DNA of 64,000 bases, from positions 93,186,001 through 93,250,000 of the forward strand of contig NC_043002.1 of assembly GCF_006345805.1 (NCBI RefSeq), written 5' to 3'. The notes beneath the pieces were generated by a model that did no database searches, was not told the DNA's origin, and saw only the letters and a list, made by a program, of their open reading frames with translations. The DNA is from Octopus sinensis (taxonomy: Eukaryota). The translations under genes and the position numbers were made by a program. Shown piece after piece: positions 1-12,648 of the stretch (within the stretch, counting starts at the first letter, position 1; the number at the start of each line of letters is the position of its first letter).

Positions 1-929
1 CCAAGTTCTGCTGTCTTCTTTGGCATGGTTTCTACAGCTGGATGCCCTTGCTATTGCCAACCATTTTACATGGCACCAGCCTTGGTGAGGTTGACAAGTA
101 ACATGTAAGACAAGAACCCCTCAACTGAGCTGGGGAGTAGTAGTGAGGGAAAGAAAAGGGTATGTTGCAGTAGAGAAAAAATATGGCTACCTTGGGGGTA
201 GTAGGGAGAGAAGATAGTGAAGATCAGATAGTGGTGGTGGTGGGTATACCCTGCAAGCTACAGGGAAGTGTATATAGTGAAATGGACTGGGGATTAAAGA
301 AAGTGAGTTTAGTTTGTGAGATTGCAAAAAGGAGAGTGGAAATGGAGAGGGTGGATGAAATACAGTGAGTGTTCACAGGTAGAAGAAAGGAGATATTAGG
401 AGAATATGTTGTGAGAAGAGATTTAACGGGAAAAAATTACGTGCAAGTAGGTCTTGGAGGGAAAGTGAGATCCATACAGATTCATGATTAACATTGACCA
501 ACAAAGGCCCAACACAATCTAAATTTTCTTTCCTTTGTAAACAGCAACTGGGCAGTTTCTAGCTTGCATTAGTTGTAAATACTAGATTTTTTCATAGTAT
601 CTTGTTTATGATAACATCACTGTCTGTTGTAAGATATTTTTCTGAAGTACTTTATGATATCATCATCATCCTTTAACCCCCATTTTTTATGCTGGCATGG
701 GTTGGATGGTTTGACCAGAGCTGGTAAACCAGAGAACTGGCAAGCCAGAGAGCTGCACTAGGTTCCAGTCTGTTTTAGCTTGGCTTCTATAGTTGGATGT
801 ACTTCCTAACACCAACCGCTTTACAGTGTGTGCTGGATGCTTTTAGCATAGCACCAGCATGAGTGTTTCTTACATGGCACCAGCATTGGTCTCTTGCAGG
901 CCAATCCTGTTCACCAGTGGATGCGACCT

Positions 930-1420
930 TAACACTTCTGCTATGGAGGACAGGTCTCCTTGAGTAAAGCAAGGCACCAGGTATCTTGGTCCTTTGTCAT
1001 CTCACCTGAATGGTTCAGTGTCCTGAGGTCATCCTTCATTACTTCTTCCTGGGTTTCCCCTCTTCCATGAGTTCCATTCACTTAGAGAGATCAGCATTTC
1101 TTTATGGAGCTGTCAACATCCATCCATATAACATGACCAAACAAGTGCAGTCTTTTATCTTGCACACCGCATCTAATTCCTCCTGTGCTTAACTTCTCTC
1201 TCAATACACTAGCACTCTGTTGAACATGTACACTTACATTACACATTCAGCAGAGCATACTAGTCTCATTCCTCTGCATGTCCACTGCATTCAGGGCCCA
1301 CATCTCACTACTCTGTAGAATTGCTGTTCATATACATGCATCATACAGTCTTCTTTTCACCTGGAGAGAGAAACCTTTGGTTGCCAACAGATGTAAAAGC
1401 TCTCGTATTTTCTCCATCCT
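930..1420 (-). mobile_element. RTE LINE 3' end remnant
   Basis: Minus-strand fragments RGKPRK, EEVMKDDLRTLN, EMTKDQDTWCLALLK. Confidence 0.6.
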
Positions 1421-2024
1421 ATTCTTATTCTATCTATCACCACTTTCTGTACATCTTCCCCTGCTACTAATTTGGTCTCCTACGTAGCAGAAATTATCCA
1501 CTCTATTTCCTGTGAATATTTTTTTTTTTTTTTAATTGTTGCATTTGCCATTTCATGGTTTAAAATATTTTAAAGTGAGTAGCCATGCAGCTCTTCTACA
1601 AAAACCTGCTGTTTTTCTCCTACACCCACTTAGCTTCAGGTTTGTAGTCTTGCAAACTGCATGAACACTTCAATAGTGCTGCTGCCATGAAAAGAGCATC
1701 CAGTACATACTGTAAAGTGGTTGGTGTTAGAAGGGCATCCAGCCCTAGAAACCAAGCCAAAGTAGTCACTGGAGTACAATGCAATCTTAGGACCCATCAG
1801 ATCCTGTCAAGCCATCCAACCCATACCAGCATGGAACATGGACATAAATCATGATGATGATATCATGTCTGTCCTATTTTCAACAAACATCTATGGTACA
1901 AATAGTCTGAGCACAGAGTACTAGTAGTAATCAAACTCTTGACATTTACTTCAGAATTTATGAAGTTGTTCAGTATTTAGATATTTATTAACTTTGTCTT
2001 TACATATTTATTAAATGTCATTAA

Positions 2025-2231
2025 CCCTTTTGATGCTAACCCATCTGAGACTGCTCCTGTTTCTGTGACACAAACTTCCAGTTTTAAAGTCACTTAAATT
2101 AAAACCTATCAAAATTTCATGTTGATTTATGTTCCAAGTACCAGCTTAATAATGACAAAGTTATTTTACTAAATTCTTCATTATTTTGAAAATTAATTAA
2201 CACGAAGGCAGAAATATGGTTGCAAAAAGGG
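2025..2231. mobile_element. piggyBac-type MITE (TTAA TSD)
   Basis: TTAA|CCCTTTTG ... CAAAAAGGG|TTAA. Confidence 0.7.
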
Positions 2232-2343
2232 TTAATTTAAACTTCTAAATGTGTTTGTTCTACTTGACAGATTTCCAAAATGACCTTGTTAAATGCATTG
2301 TCATCATTGTTTTCTATTATTTTTTTTTTAATATTTTCTTCAG

Positions 2344-2526
2344 GACATAGCTCGAGATTGTCTCCGCATTCAAAGCCTTCAGATGTTTGGAGATTATTTG
2401 TGTGGTATTGAAACCCCAATGCTATCTTTTGATGTTGAAACTAAATGTTACTCTTCAACAGAACCCAGTTTATTAATAGATGAAGCAGAACTTGAAATGA
2501 ATATTGAACAATATGTTACATCTGAG
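2344..2526 (+). CDS. SMG6: SMG6/EST1A coding exon (first in window; phase 0-0)
   Basis: Acceptor ttttcttcag|, donor |gtgagt. Encodes DIARDCLRIQSLQMFGDYLCGIETPMLSFDVETKCY...YVTSE (61 aa), resembling human SMG6 ..ADCKRVTVLKYFLEALCGQEEPLLAF.. upstream of the PIN domain (recalled sequence). Confidence 0.9.
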
Positions 2527-2689
2527 GTGAGTCTTTGCCTTTTATGAAGACACACACACACACTCTCTCTCTCTCTCTCATCACCTTCAATGATAGCCAC
2601 AAATAAGTTAATCCTAACAGCTAGCCATCAAACATAACCTTTTACTGAAAATCTGCATTCTCAGCATAGCAAAAAAAATAAAAAGGTAA

Positions 2690-3240
2690 CCATCACGAGG
2701 GAGATGGATTTTTCTTCTTTTTTTCCTTTCACATCCAACAAGCTCTGTACTGTCACACAGCTCAAACATTGTCACCACAAATTCTAGGCCCCACAGTCAT
2801 CAGTAACCTTTCCTTGTGATCTCTCATTCACAACATTTCACCAACAAATTACAAACCTCTGACTTACAGGCATGCTGTGTCCCCTCTCTGCTTTTTGTAC
2901 CATCACTACATACATATGGCCTCTGCTCCTTGGAGCTAGTTGGTCTCATGCCATTTCCATCCAGTCACTTGTCTTTACTCTTCATTTCACTCATGTTAGC
3001 TCTCACCTCTAGATCCTGCACTAACTCCTAATTCTTTTTCCTGCAGGATGTTGACTCTCTAGAGTTCACTCTCTAACTTTTTCTCTATCTTTCTTTCCTC
3101 TCCTTTCTTTTCCTTCTGGGGTAGCCTAGTATCTCCTCTATACTAAGACACTTATCCCTATCCCTCTATTATACTTTAATCTCTCATCTGGCAACAAAGT
3201 CACCTCCCTCAGTACCACTGCCTCTCCTAGACAAGGGCTC
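2690..3240 (+). mobile_element. CR1-like LINE 3' remnant
   Basis: YGLCSLELVGLMPFP resembles the CSxELxxLxP stretch at the end of CR1 ORF2. It runs into a (TGA)n-tailed retroposon end at about 3450. A probable antisense relative lies at about 120-480. Confidence 0.45.
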
Positions 3241-4274
3241 TTTGTTTTGCAAGTTACTTGATAACCCTATTGGTGCTGGTGCCACGTAAAAAGCACCCAG
3301 TGCACTCTGTAAAGTGGTTGGCATTATGAAGGGCATCCAGCCTTAGAAACGATGCCAAAGCAGACAACAGAACCCAGTGCAGTTCTCTGGCTCATTAGCT
3401 CCTGTCAAACCATCCAACCCATGCCAGTGTGGAAAATAATGGATGATGATGATATGTTGTCATGCAATTGTTTAACTCTTTGGCTCAGTGGTTAGAGTAT
3501 CAGGCTCACAATCATGAGGTAGTGAGTTCAATTCCTGGACTAGGCTGTGTGTTGTGTTCTCGAACAAGACACTTTATAGCACGTTGCTTCAGTTAATTCA
3601 ATATACCTATACATTATAGGAGCACTCCGTCGGTTACGACAATGAGGATCCCAGCTGATATGATCAACGGAACAGCTTGCTCATGAAATTAACGTGCAAG
3701 TGGCTGAGCATTCCACAGACACATGTACCCTTAACCCTTTCATTACTGTATTTATTTTGAGATGCTCTGTGTTTCTTTCAATTACTTTATGATAAAGGCT
3801 GGCCCTTTTTGAAATACAGGTACTACTCATTTTTGCCAGCTGAGTGAACTGGAGCAACGTGAAATAAAGTGTCTTGCTCAAGGACACAACGCGTCGCTGG
3901 GAATCGAACTCACAACCTTACGATCATGAGCCAAATGCCCTAACCACTAAGTCATGTGCCCTCATATACATTATAATACACTTATAAATACATGTATAAT
4001 ACGCTATTGGTATCATGTCCATTTTCTTCACTGCCCACAACCTGCATATTTTACATTATTATTATTATTATTATTATTATTATGGAACTGGGGCTAAAAA
4101 TTCCATTTAAAATTCTGTTGTTGATCTGGATTCAAGCACCCATCATTTCCTACATTATTGAGATACTACATTTCATGAACAAAGATTTTGTTATTGTAGT
4201 CAATGAAATTGATTAAAAATCCAATCAAATTTTTCTCGTTATTTAATAATATTCATGTCGTTCGTTTCATCTAG

Positions 4275-4403
4275 GATGAGGCTGTAATGGAAACGGAAGA
4301 GGATGATATTACTGATGGGGAAGAGATGAAGATGTTGAAAGCAAAGAAAGAAGAACTGAAAAAGAGAGTTGAGAAACAAAGCCGCCACCAACAGAATATC
4401 CAA
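4275..4403 (+). CDS. SMG6: SMG6 exon: acidic linker plus predicted helix (phase 0-0)
   Basis: Acceptor tttcatctag|, donor |gtaagt. Encodes DEAVMETEEDDITDGEEMKMLKAKKEELKKRVEKQSRHQQNIQ (43 aa), matching human ..EDDIRELRAKKLALARKIAEQQRRQEKIQ. Confidence 0.92.
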
Positions 4404-4613
4404 GTAAGTATATAAAGTGTAATCTTTCTCTTCCTCTTTTCTCCAGTGTCTTCTTGTCTTGCATGATTGACTTGGTCAGGTTGGTTAACTGTTGTAGTTG
4501 TTGCTGTAGGTGTTGTTGTTATTGTTGTTGTAGCTGTTGTATTTAGATTTCTTCTGTTGCCAAACTAAATATTATTTTATCACTACTGCTCCCCTTTATT
4601 TTCTTTGTGTGTG

Positions 4614-4650
<37 letters not shown>

Positions 4651-7600
4651 ACTTGCTTTATACTGCTTGCTTCTCACATTTATGTTAGTTTGAGGTTTGC
4701 AGAACAATTATCGTTTCATAACAAAGGAAAGATTTGCTTCATAAAATTTCTGGCGGTTAGTATAATTTTGGATAGAAAATAATTCTTAATGATTGAGATA
4801 ATATCAAATAGGATTGAGGAAAATGTCAACAGAAATTCAGGAATCATCCTAAAAATAACATATCGATATAAATTGTATTTATTCCACTAAAACTTCTTTC
4901 ATCTTTTACTAGTTTCAATCATTGGACTGCAGCCATGCTGGGGCACTGCCTTGAAGGGTTTAATCAAACAAATTGGCCCCTCTACTTATCTTTTTAAACC
5001 TGGTACTTAGTCTGTCAGTCTCTTTTGTTGAACTACTAAGTTATGGGAATGTAAACGAACTGACACCCTCTGTCAAGTGGTGGTACAGCAGGCTTCTTCT
5101 AGTTTCCATCTAGCAAATCTACTCACAAGGCTTTGGTTGGTCTGGGGCTATAGTAGAAGACAAGTGCCATGCAGTGGGGCTGAACCCAGAACAATGCAGT
5201 TAGGAAGCAAATTTCTCACCACACAGCCACAATAAAATCATCTAAATATTGATGAAGTATCACAGAGCCTCTCAGCAATACACAATACACATAACTCAGC
5301 TTGCACTAGTTTACATAAACTTATAAAACAAGATTATCCATCTAATTCAAAACTGAATTACCAGTGGCAGTTTTAAAAAGAATTACTCCAATAAAAAAAA
5401 CTATTGTGCCTTTGCAAGTCTAGAAAAATGCATGGGACACATTTTGGAAGAAAAAGATGTCAAATTAGATCTCTAAACTGAGATAACATTGTTAAGAAGA
5501 AAATAAAATGTTATGTTGTAAATATAAGGCTGATAAATTTTCCTGTGGCTGACTTTTCACCCTTATGAGCCCTATGAATAAGTACCATTAGAGTATTGGG
5601 GTTGATTTAATTTATTATATCTCTGTTCTTAAAACATGTGGCTTTGTGTCAATGTTAAAAACCACTTTTATGAAAGGCAGAACTAGTAAAGTATAGGTAA
5701 AATGCTATGCCTCTTCACATTTCTTGATTTAATACCGTGCTATTAGGACTTATTTTGAGCTGAGCCAATGAGAAATAGCAACCAAATCTTTAAATCATAT
5801 TACTGTTTTTAGAATGGATACTTTGGATAATGTGGTCTTAGATTCCTTGCTTATAGGCAAAATTAGGATGGATACAGCTGGAATATTTTTGATCATAGAT
5901 TAAATTACAGTAACAACTCATTGCTTGGATGAAAAATAAATTGAATCAAACAATAATGTTATACTAGGAATTAGTTGAATCACTGACTGTACTTCTTGTT
6001 TATAAATTAAAATAAATAAACATAAAAATGAATGCTGTTAGCCATTGTAAAATGGCATTCTCTTTGTAGTTAAAAACAAGTTTGTATTTATGTACTTATT
6101 ATAGGAAAGGTGTGTTGTTGATTGAATAATGATCACTATGTTACCTCATTGAGGCCAGAGGAGATGTAAAATACATAGTTGAGTGAATTTATTCATTCAT
6201 TTACCAGAGAAACCCTTCTCTTGATTCTGCCCAGTACCATCCGTTTGGTTCTGGTCATTGTTTTGAGGATTTACCTTACTTGCCATGCCTGGCTTCTGGA
6301 TTGGCATGGGTGCTTTTTAGGCTCTCTACATTCTGAGTGAAAATTTCACCCAGGTAGAATTTGATTGAGAATGTAGAGAGCAAGAACAAACACCACAAAG
6401 TATTTGGTCTGGCATTCTTACAGTTCCACTAATCTACAGCTCACAGCTCTGGATTGGTATTTTTCATTTTATCAACTCCACAATGATGAGCGTCAAAGAT
6501 GACCTCAACAGGATTTGATCTCAGGACACAAAATGTCAGAACAAATACAGCTCGTTACCTTTTTGTTGAACAGACATTAGTATATTAGTTATTTCATTTG
6601 ATACCAATTATTTTCTGATATATATTAGTTATTACCATGACACTAGTGAGAAGAAATCCTAAACTGATTTCTGATGTATTAGAACTGAGAAATTTGTACC
6701 ATGAAATTAGATAACAGAAAGCATCCAGTTTTCTATTCAACTATTTGAAACGCTATGGCTCTAAAACTATAATTTATATTATATTTTAATTAGAACAGTG
6801 GCCAACTTATTTAAAAGGAATATCATAACCAATTAAATCTTCTGTAATTTAATAATTTGCACAGTTTATCAATGTTTAAGATATGGATAGTCATTGTGAG
6901 ACATGAACTACGATATGTCTGACTACAAATGATATATATTCAAATGATATTTCAAGAAGTAATTCCACATTTGGTAACAATCTGTGTAACATGTAGTGCA
7001 GATGGTGTAGCTTAATGTGAAAGGTATAATGTTATGTCTTCAACAGTTTCAAGATGTAGAGCCTTATATTCACATTAACCTGTGAGCATTTAAACCGGCC
7101 ATATCTGGCCTAAATATTCTACACATTGTATGTTCAAACCAACCAGATCTGGCATTTCACACCTACCCTACAGAATCATTCTAAAAAATAAACAATCACA
7201 TCATCAAAATCTTAAAGTTATGAGATAGTGCTTGATTAATTAAAAACTACCGTTTACCTTTAATCTTTTACTTGTTTCAGTCATTTTTCTGCGGCTATGT
7301 TGGGGCATTGCCTTGAAGGGTTCTAGTCGAACAAATTGACCTCAGGTCTTATGTTTTCAAGCTTAGTGCTTATTCTATGAGTCTCTTTTGCCAAACTGCT
7401 AAGTTACAGGGATGTAAACACACTGACACTGATTGTCAAGCAGTGGTGGGGGACAAACACAAAGACTCTCTCTCTCTCTCACACACACACACATATATGA
7501 TGGGCTTCTTTCAGTTTCCATCTACCAAATCCACTCACAAGGCTTTTTTTCAGCTCGAGGCTATAGTAGAAGACTCTTGCCCAAGTTGCCACACAGTGGG

Positions 7601-8043
7601 ACTGAACATATAACCATGTGGTTGGGAAGCAAGCTTCTTATCTCACAGCCATGCCTGTGCTTATGCAATGTAAATGAGCATTAAAGTAAAAAAGTAATTT
7701 GGTCGAGTAATCTGTAATAGAAAGTTGTCGATAGATTTTGAGTATCTTTCACTGGACTCTAGCTGTGGCCTAATCATTGCAAATGCAGAATTCATGCAAA
7801 TTAAATCATTAGTTTTAATTTTCAATAGTATAATTATATTATTTTGACATATATTGATAATCATGCTTTATCAATCCATTGATTTTGTGGTTGATGGAAA
7901 TTACTTTTTAGTTGTAATTTTGTTGGTTAAAGTGATATTTATCAGAGGATTTGTTTAATGGTAACATACCTATTCGGTTCTGATATTATTATCTTCAAAT
8001 AATAATAAATCTCTGAACGAGATGTAAACAGTAACTGCTCGAC

Positions 8044-8272
8044 AACGTAAAGTCTACTAGCCATCTCAATATGGCTAACCACTAAGGGTGGGTGTTACTG
8101 CAGCTTTTAGCCCCAGGAGATCATCATCTCCAGCTGGCTTTAGGCACACTTTCTTTCTTTCTTTCTTTGTGTCTAAAGCCAACTGGAGACGATGATCTCC
8201 TGGGGCTAAAAGCTACAGTAACACCCACCCTTAGTGATTAGCCATATTGAGATGGCTAGTATACTTTACGTT
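8044..8272. repeat. Fold-back inverted repeat, 105-bp arms
   Basis: Arms 8044-8148 and 8168-8272 with 6 mismatches; 19-nt (CTTT)n spacer. Confidence 0.95.
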
Positions 8273-8848
8273 ATCTTCAAATACATGTACAGAAAAGAAA
8301 GATAGTTTAGATTCCTGTTTTCAGTTGTGGTTTTAGAATTGTTTTGAGGAACCAGTCAGTTCTTAAAGGTTTATTTTAAGATTTTCTATTGCGTTATTAT
8401 TTATTTTTATGTTTTTAGCCGTATCTTTGATCATATTTCTGTTGTAGAGGCAAGAGTTGTCTGCTTTTAGATTCTGATTGTCTTGCTCTGCAAATAAATA
8501 TTTTCTTCAGTAACCTGATGAGATAGCACAGTCTTCATTAAAGAGAAAAGTTACTTCAGATAGCATCAGACTGAAATAGCTACTCCACAATAAAACAATG
8601 GCTAAATGTGGCAAAAGCAATTGTGATCCTATTTTTGACATGGTGTACTTAATCATTAGCATGCTGCAAACAAATGTATGAATTGATCTGTTTTGAACTT
8701 GAAGTAAATCAATGGATTACTTGTAAATAAATATCTGTTGTTTGTAAAACCTTAAACTGCATGTTGTTTGCTTGCATGCTTCTTTTTTTTATGTAATTTT
8801 TGTCTTATCTGCACACTTATCACATCTGCTCCATCGTCATTTCCAAAG

Positions 8849-8920
8849 ATGTTGAGAGCCAAGAGAGATGAGCTCCAGCAGCAAGTTGATCAACAGGCCA
8901 GCCGTAAGCAGAACATCCAA
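8849..8920 (+). CDS. SMG6: Candidate alternative or duplicated SMG6 exon (72 nt, phase 0-0)
   Basis: Acceptor catttccaaag|, donor |gtcagt. Encodes MLRAKRDELQQQVDQQASRKQNIQ; 12/24 aa and 50/72 nt identical to the last 72 nt (4332-4403) of the preceding exon. Confidence 0.65.
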
Positions 8921-10841
8921 GTCAGTAACAATTTTGTTTTCTTATTCAGATTGAATGTCTGCTAACCCACTTTCCTTAGTTGTTTTTTTGTGTGAACTTT
9001 GTTTCTATTCTGATGTCTTCAATGTTATTTGAGCTAAATAACTAATATTGTTTTTTAATAACAGACATTTTCCTTGTAATTTTTTTTTCTAACGAACTTT
9101 ACTTAATCACCATCTTCACCATCACTCCACCATCATTCAGTTTGGTAAGTGTTTGTCAGAAAGTTGATATATAATACTTATTTGTATATTGTATGTTTAC
9201 AGCTCATTTCATCTAACAACAAAAGATTAAATCTTTTAAATAAAATTTCAAAGTCTGTTTCATTGAAACTGTTCTGACATACCTTACATTTGTACATTTT
9301 CCCCATTCTTTAATATGCTTCTTCTCCAAAGTAGCTATATTGCTAACCATTATCAATGTTGTACACTAGCTACTAGAACATATTGTATTGGACTTTGTTT
9401 TATAAAAAAAAGTCATGTAAAAAACAGAAGTAAACAAACTAAATTAACTGTAGCATCCAAGCAACACACCTAAAACTAACCTGGCATTTTTACCTTACTA
9501 AATATATCCTGTGATATTGAATACCAGTTCTTATTTTCTTAATAACTTTTATCATCAGATTTCATGACTGTTAATGATTCTTGTTATTTTACTTCTTTTT
9601 TTTTTAATTAATTATTCAACATGATGTAACAGTTGTAGGTGTTGCTGTTGTTTAAAATCAAAAAGTAAGCACTAACATTTTGCTCAGTTACTAATGTATG
9701 TAGTAAACTATGAAACGTTTATGATAAACACACCTGTCCTTTGGATGGTTTAAGTTGCTTTGGTGGTATTTTTTTCACCAAATAATTGAACTACCTTGAA
9801 GGTTTATGAGTAGCATGGTAATCTGTTTCCCATTAACCTAGGAACAGAAAATGAAATTGAAGGGGGTATTGTGGAAGTTGTTGCACTTTAGTGATCATAG
9901 TACATATAAGTTTGCAGGCAACGCAAAGTAGAGCTACTGAAGTGTTTTGGGAGTAGATTATGGATAATGACTACAAAATATAGTTGTTTTACATGAAAGC
10001 AAAATTTCCTGTCAGAAACAGCCACATAAATGGTGTAAGGAATTTGAAGGAAGATGTTGAAACTTCCCCTCTGCATCATCATCATTTAACATCCGCTTTC
10101 CATGCTAGCATGGGTTGGACAATTTTGACTGAGGGCTGGCGAACCAGATGGTTGCACGAGTCTCCAATCTTGATTTGGCAGAGTTTCTACAGCTGGATGC
10201 CCTTCCTAATGCCAACCACTCCGAGAGTGTAGTGGGTGCTTTTTACGTGCCACCAGCATGGGTGCCACCAGCACGGGTGCCACCGGTTTATTTTATTCAA
10301 CAGCAAAGCGAGCCATTTTTTTTTGAGAGACAAGCTAACAAAAGCCCCTTTATTTTGTCTTCCCACATAGCCTGCACATAAACTAACAGCAAATTCCACA
10401 TAAAGTTAAATTGGTATGGAGCTGTCTGAAAGATACGAATAACTTTTGCTAGTGGAAGCAAAACTCTTATTTAAAGGTTGATTCTTTGGGATGAATCGTA
10501 TGTGAATGTTTAAAAAGGGCTAAAACGACAATGCTAAAATGTATTTGGAACAATGGGCAACAGTTGAAATATCATAATGGATGGGTAAATAAGCATCCTT
10601 AAAGTGAAACAACGCATTGGTAGGTAAACAAAGGTATCAACAAATAGAAGAGAGGGAAAGGAACATCACCTTTCAAGTAATTCAGAATAGGTAAAGGTAA
10701 GCTTGCCAAAGTTTAATGCAGTTTAAATATGGAGAATAAGATAGTTTGGTATTCGATATTCATCATGTACTCTGTTCCTAGTCAACTGAATCACCAGTGG
10801 AAATAAATTAATAGACAAAGTTCTTTTACTTTTTTGAAAAG

Positions 10842-10905
10842 ATTAAAAAAGTATGGAAAACCTTACGTACAAAAAATTATGTCCATTTACACTGGAGCTC
10901 TGGGC
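10842..10905 (+). mobile_element. Decayed RLE-type LINE C-terminal fragment
   Basis: IKKVWKTLRTK / IMSIYTGALG (one frameshift) resembles the W..VxPIVxGALG motif of restriction-like-endonuclease LINEs. Confidence 0.3.
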
Positions 10906-12214
10906 AAAATGTTAGTGCATGACCATCCGCAGAATATTTAGTCCAGATACAACCTATTTGAATAGTAAAGGATTAAAAGGAAGAACACCTTGAGCAAAGT
11001 ACTTCCAGATACACTGTGCCTCAAGAAGCAGAATGGTCGTGGTTGGAATGTCTTTTCACCACAAGTCTCAATGTTCATATCTGACATAGCGCTAAATACC
11101 AGTAAATCATTACAAAATTTTTTTATTAATTCAGTTGGGAGGTTTTCTTAATGAAACCATTTCATGATTGTTACTGTTCTTCAAAGCATGTATTTTTTCT
11201 ACTAAATCTCATTTTCCTACTCAGTGCAGATCCCATTCTTATTGAGATATAGTTGGATATTCAATATTTTAAGCATATATTTCAGATTAAAAGAAACAAA
11301 AACCTTTTTTTAATCTCCCCACTGCTTCTTTTTAACCTCTTTTTTAAAGGATTTGATTAACCAGTGATTGCCTGCTTGACCAACATTTTCAGAGTTGCTA
11401 CATTCCTTTAACCATTAAAACATACGCACATTCATTATATTGACATATGTGTACATTATAACCAATGAATTTGATCTGTTTTTGTTGTCTGCATTTTAAT
11501 ATTTATATCTAATTGCTTTCAAGTTGTGCTTATAACTAATCATTAATTGAATAATTACTGATGTGACTAACTTCTAACATTATGAACACAAATTGACTGC
11601 ATGTAGTCTGATTACTTTACACAAAATATTTGGGTATTTTTCATATAAACAACTTTGTTTTCTGTGTATGTGTTGTGAGAGAGAAAGAGCGCTACCTAAA
11701 ACACTATCTTAAATATATAAATTTATGTAGGTTTTTTCATTAACAGAGCAAGAGGCCATCTCTGACAATTGTCTTTTGTTGGTATTTAGACAACAATGGC
11801 TTCTGCCAAATGATAAACTTTGGAAAGTTTTTGCTATTTTCTCTTGACTATAAATTAATGAATTGGGGTGGGCTTGGGTCTCTTGTCTTTATTAGAAAAA
11901 TCTGATTGTAATTTGCATATATAAGCATAATAGACCTTTATGCATATTATAATATATAATTATGTGTATTATTACATAAATTTATATCTGTTACGAATGT
12001 ATTTATAGGTACATCATAATGTATATGTATATTATAATGTACATTTATATTTGTACTATAATATATATTTACTTAGGGACTTGTCAATTTATGAGCAGGA
12101 ATTCAAATTTCCACAGCCACCAGACTAATGTGTTGGTTGGCCCTGTCTCACAATACCTTGCATAGTACAATATTAACAAATTTGTATCAATTACATTAAT
12201 TTACAGGAACTAGT

Positions 12215-12648
12215 AGGGTGCCAGTGGGGTGTGCTAGTAGGGTGCCAAGAATACCATCCAATCGTGTGCTAGTAGGGTGCCAAGAACACCATCTGAGCGT
12301 GATCATTGCCAGAGCAGCCAACTGGCTTCCGTACCCATGGCACGTAAAAAGGGCACCATTCGAGTGTGATTGTTACCAACGTCACTTCACTGGACCTGTG
12401 TCGATGGCACGTGTAAAAAGATTTGAGCAAGGTCATTGCCAGTACCGCCTGACTGGCCCCGTGCAGGTGGCACGTAAAAAGCACCCATTACATTCTCGGA
12501 GTGGTTGGCGTTAGGAAGGTCATCCAGCTGTAGAAACTCTGCCAGATCAAGACTGGAGCCTGGTGCAGCCATCTGGTTGCCAGCCCTCAGTCAAAACCGT
12601 CCAACCCATGCTAGCATGGAAAACGGATGTTAAATGATGATGATAATG
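12215..12648 (+). mobile_element. (TGA)n-tailed retroposon with internal GGCACGTAAAAAGCAC tandem units
   Basis: Ends ..CCAACCCATGCTAGCATGGAAAACGGATGTTAAATGATGATG. Other sense copies at about 43290-43662 and 50960-51325. Confidence 0.8.

Noticed and set aside
1941-1980. Possible extra SMG6 exon after tttacttcag
   Set aside because: No frame resembles the SMG6 sequence expected upstream, and the donor is weak.
8515-8590. CTGATGA ... GAAATAGCTACTC hammerhead-like motif
   Set aside because: No stem II closing the core and no stem I pairing.
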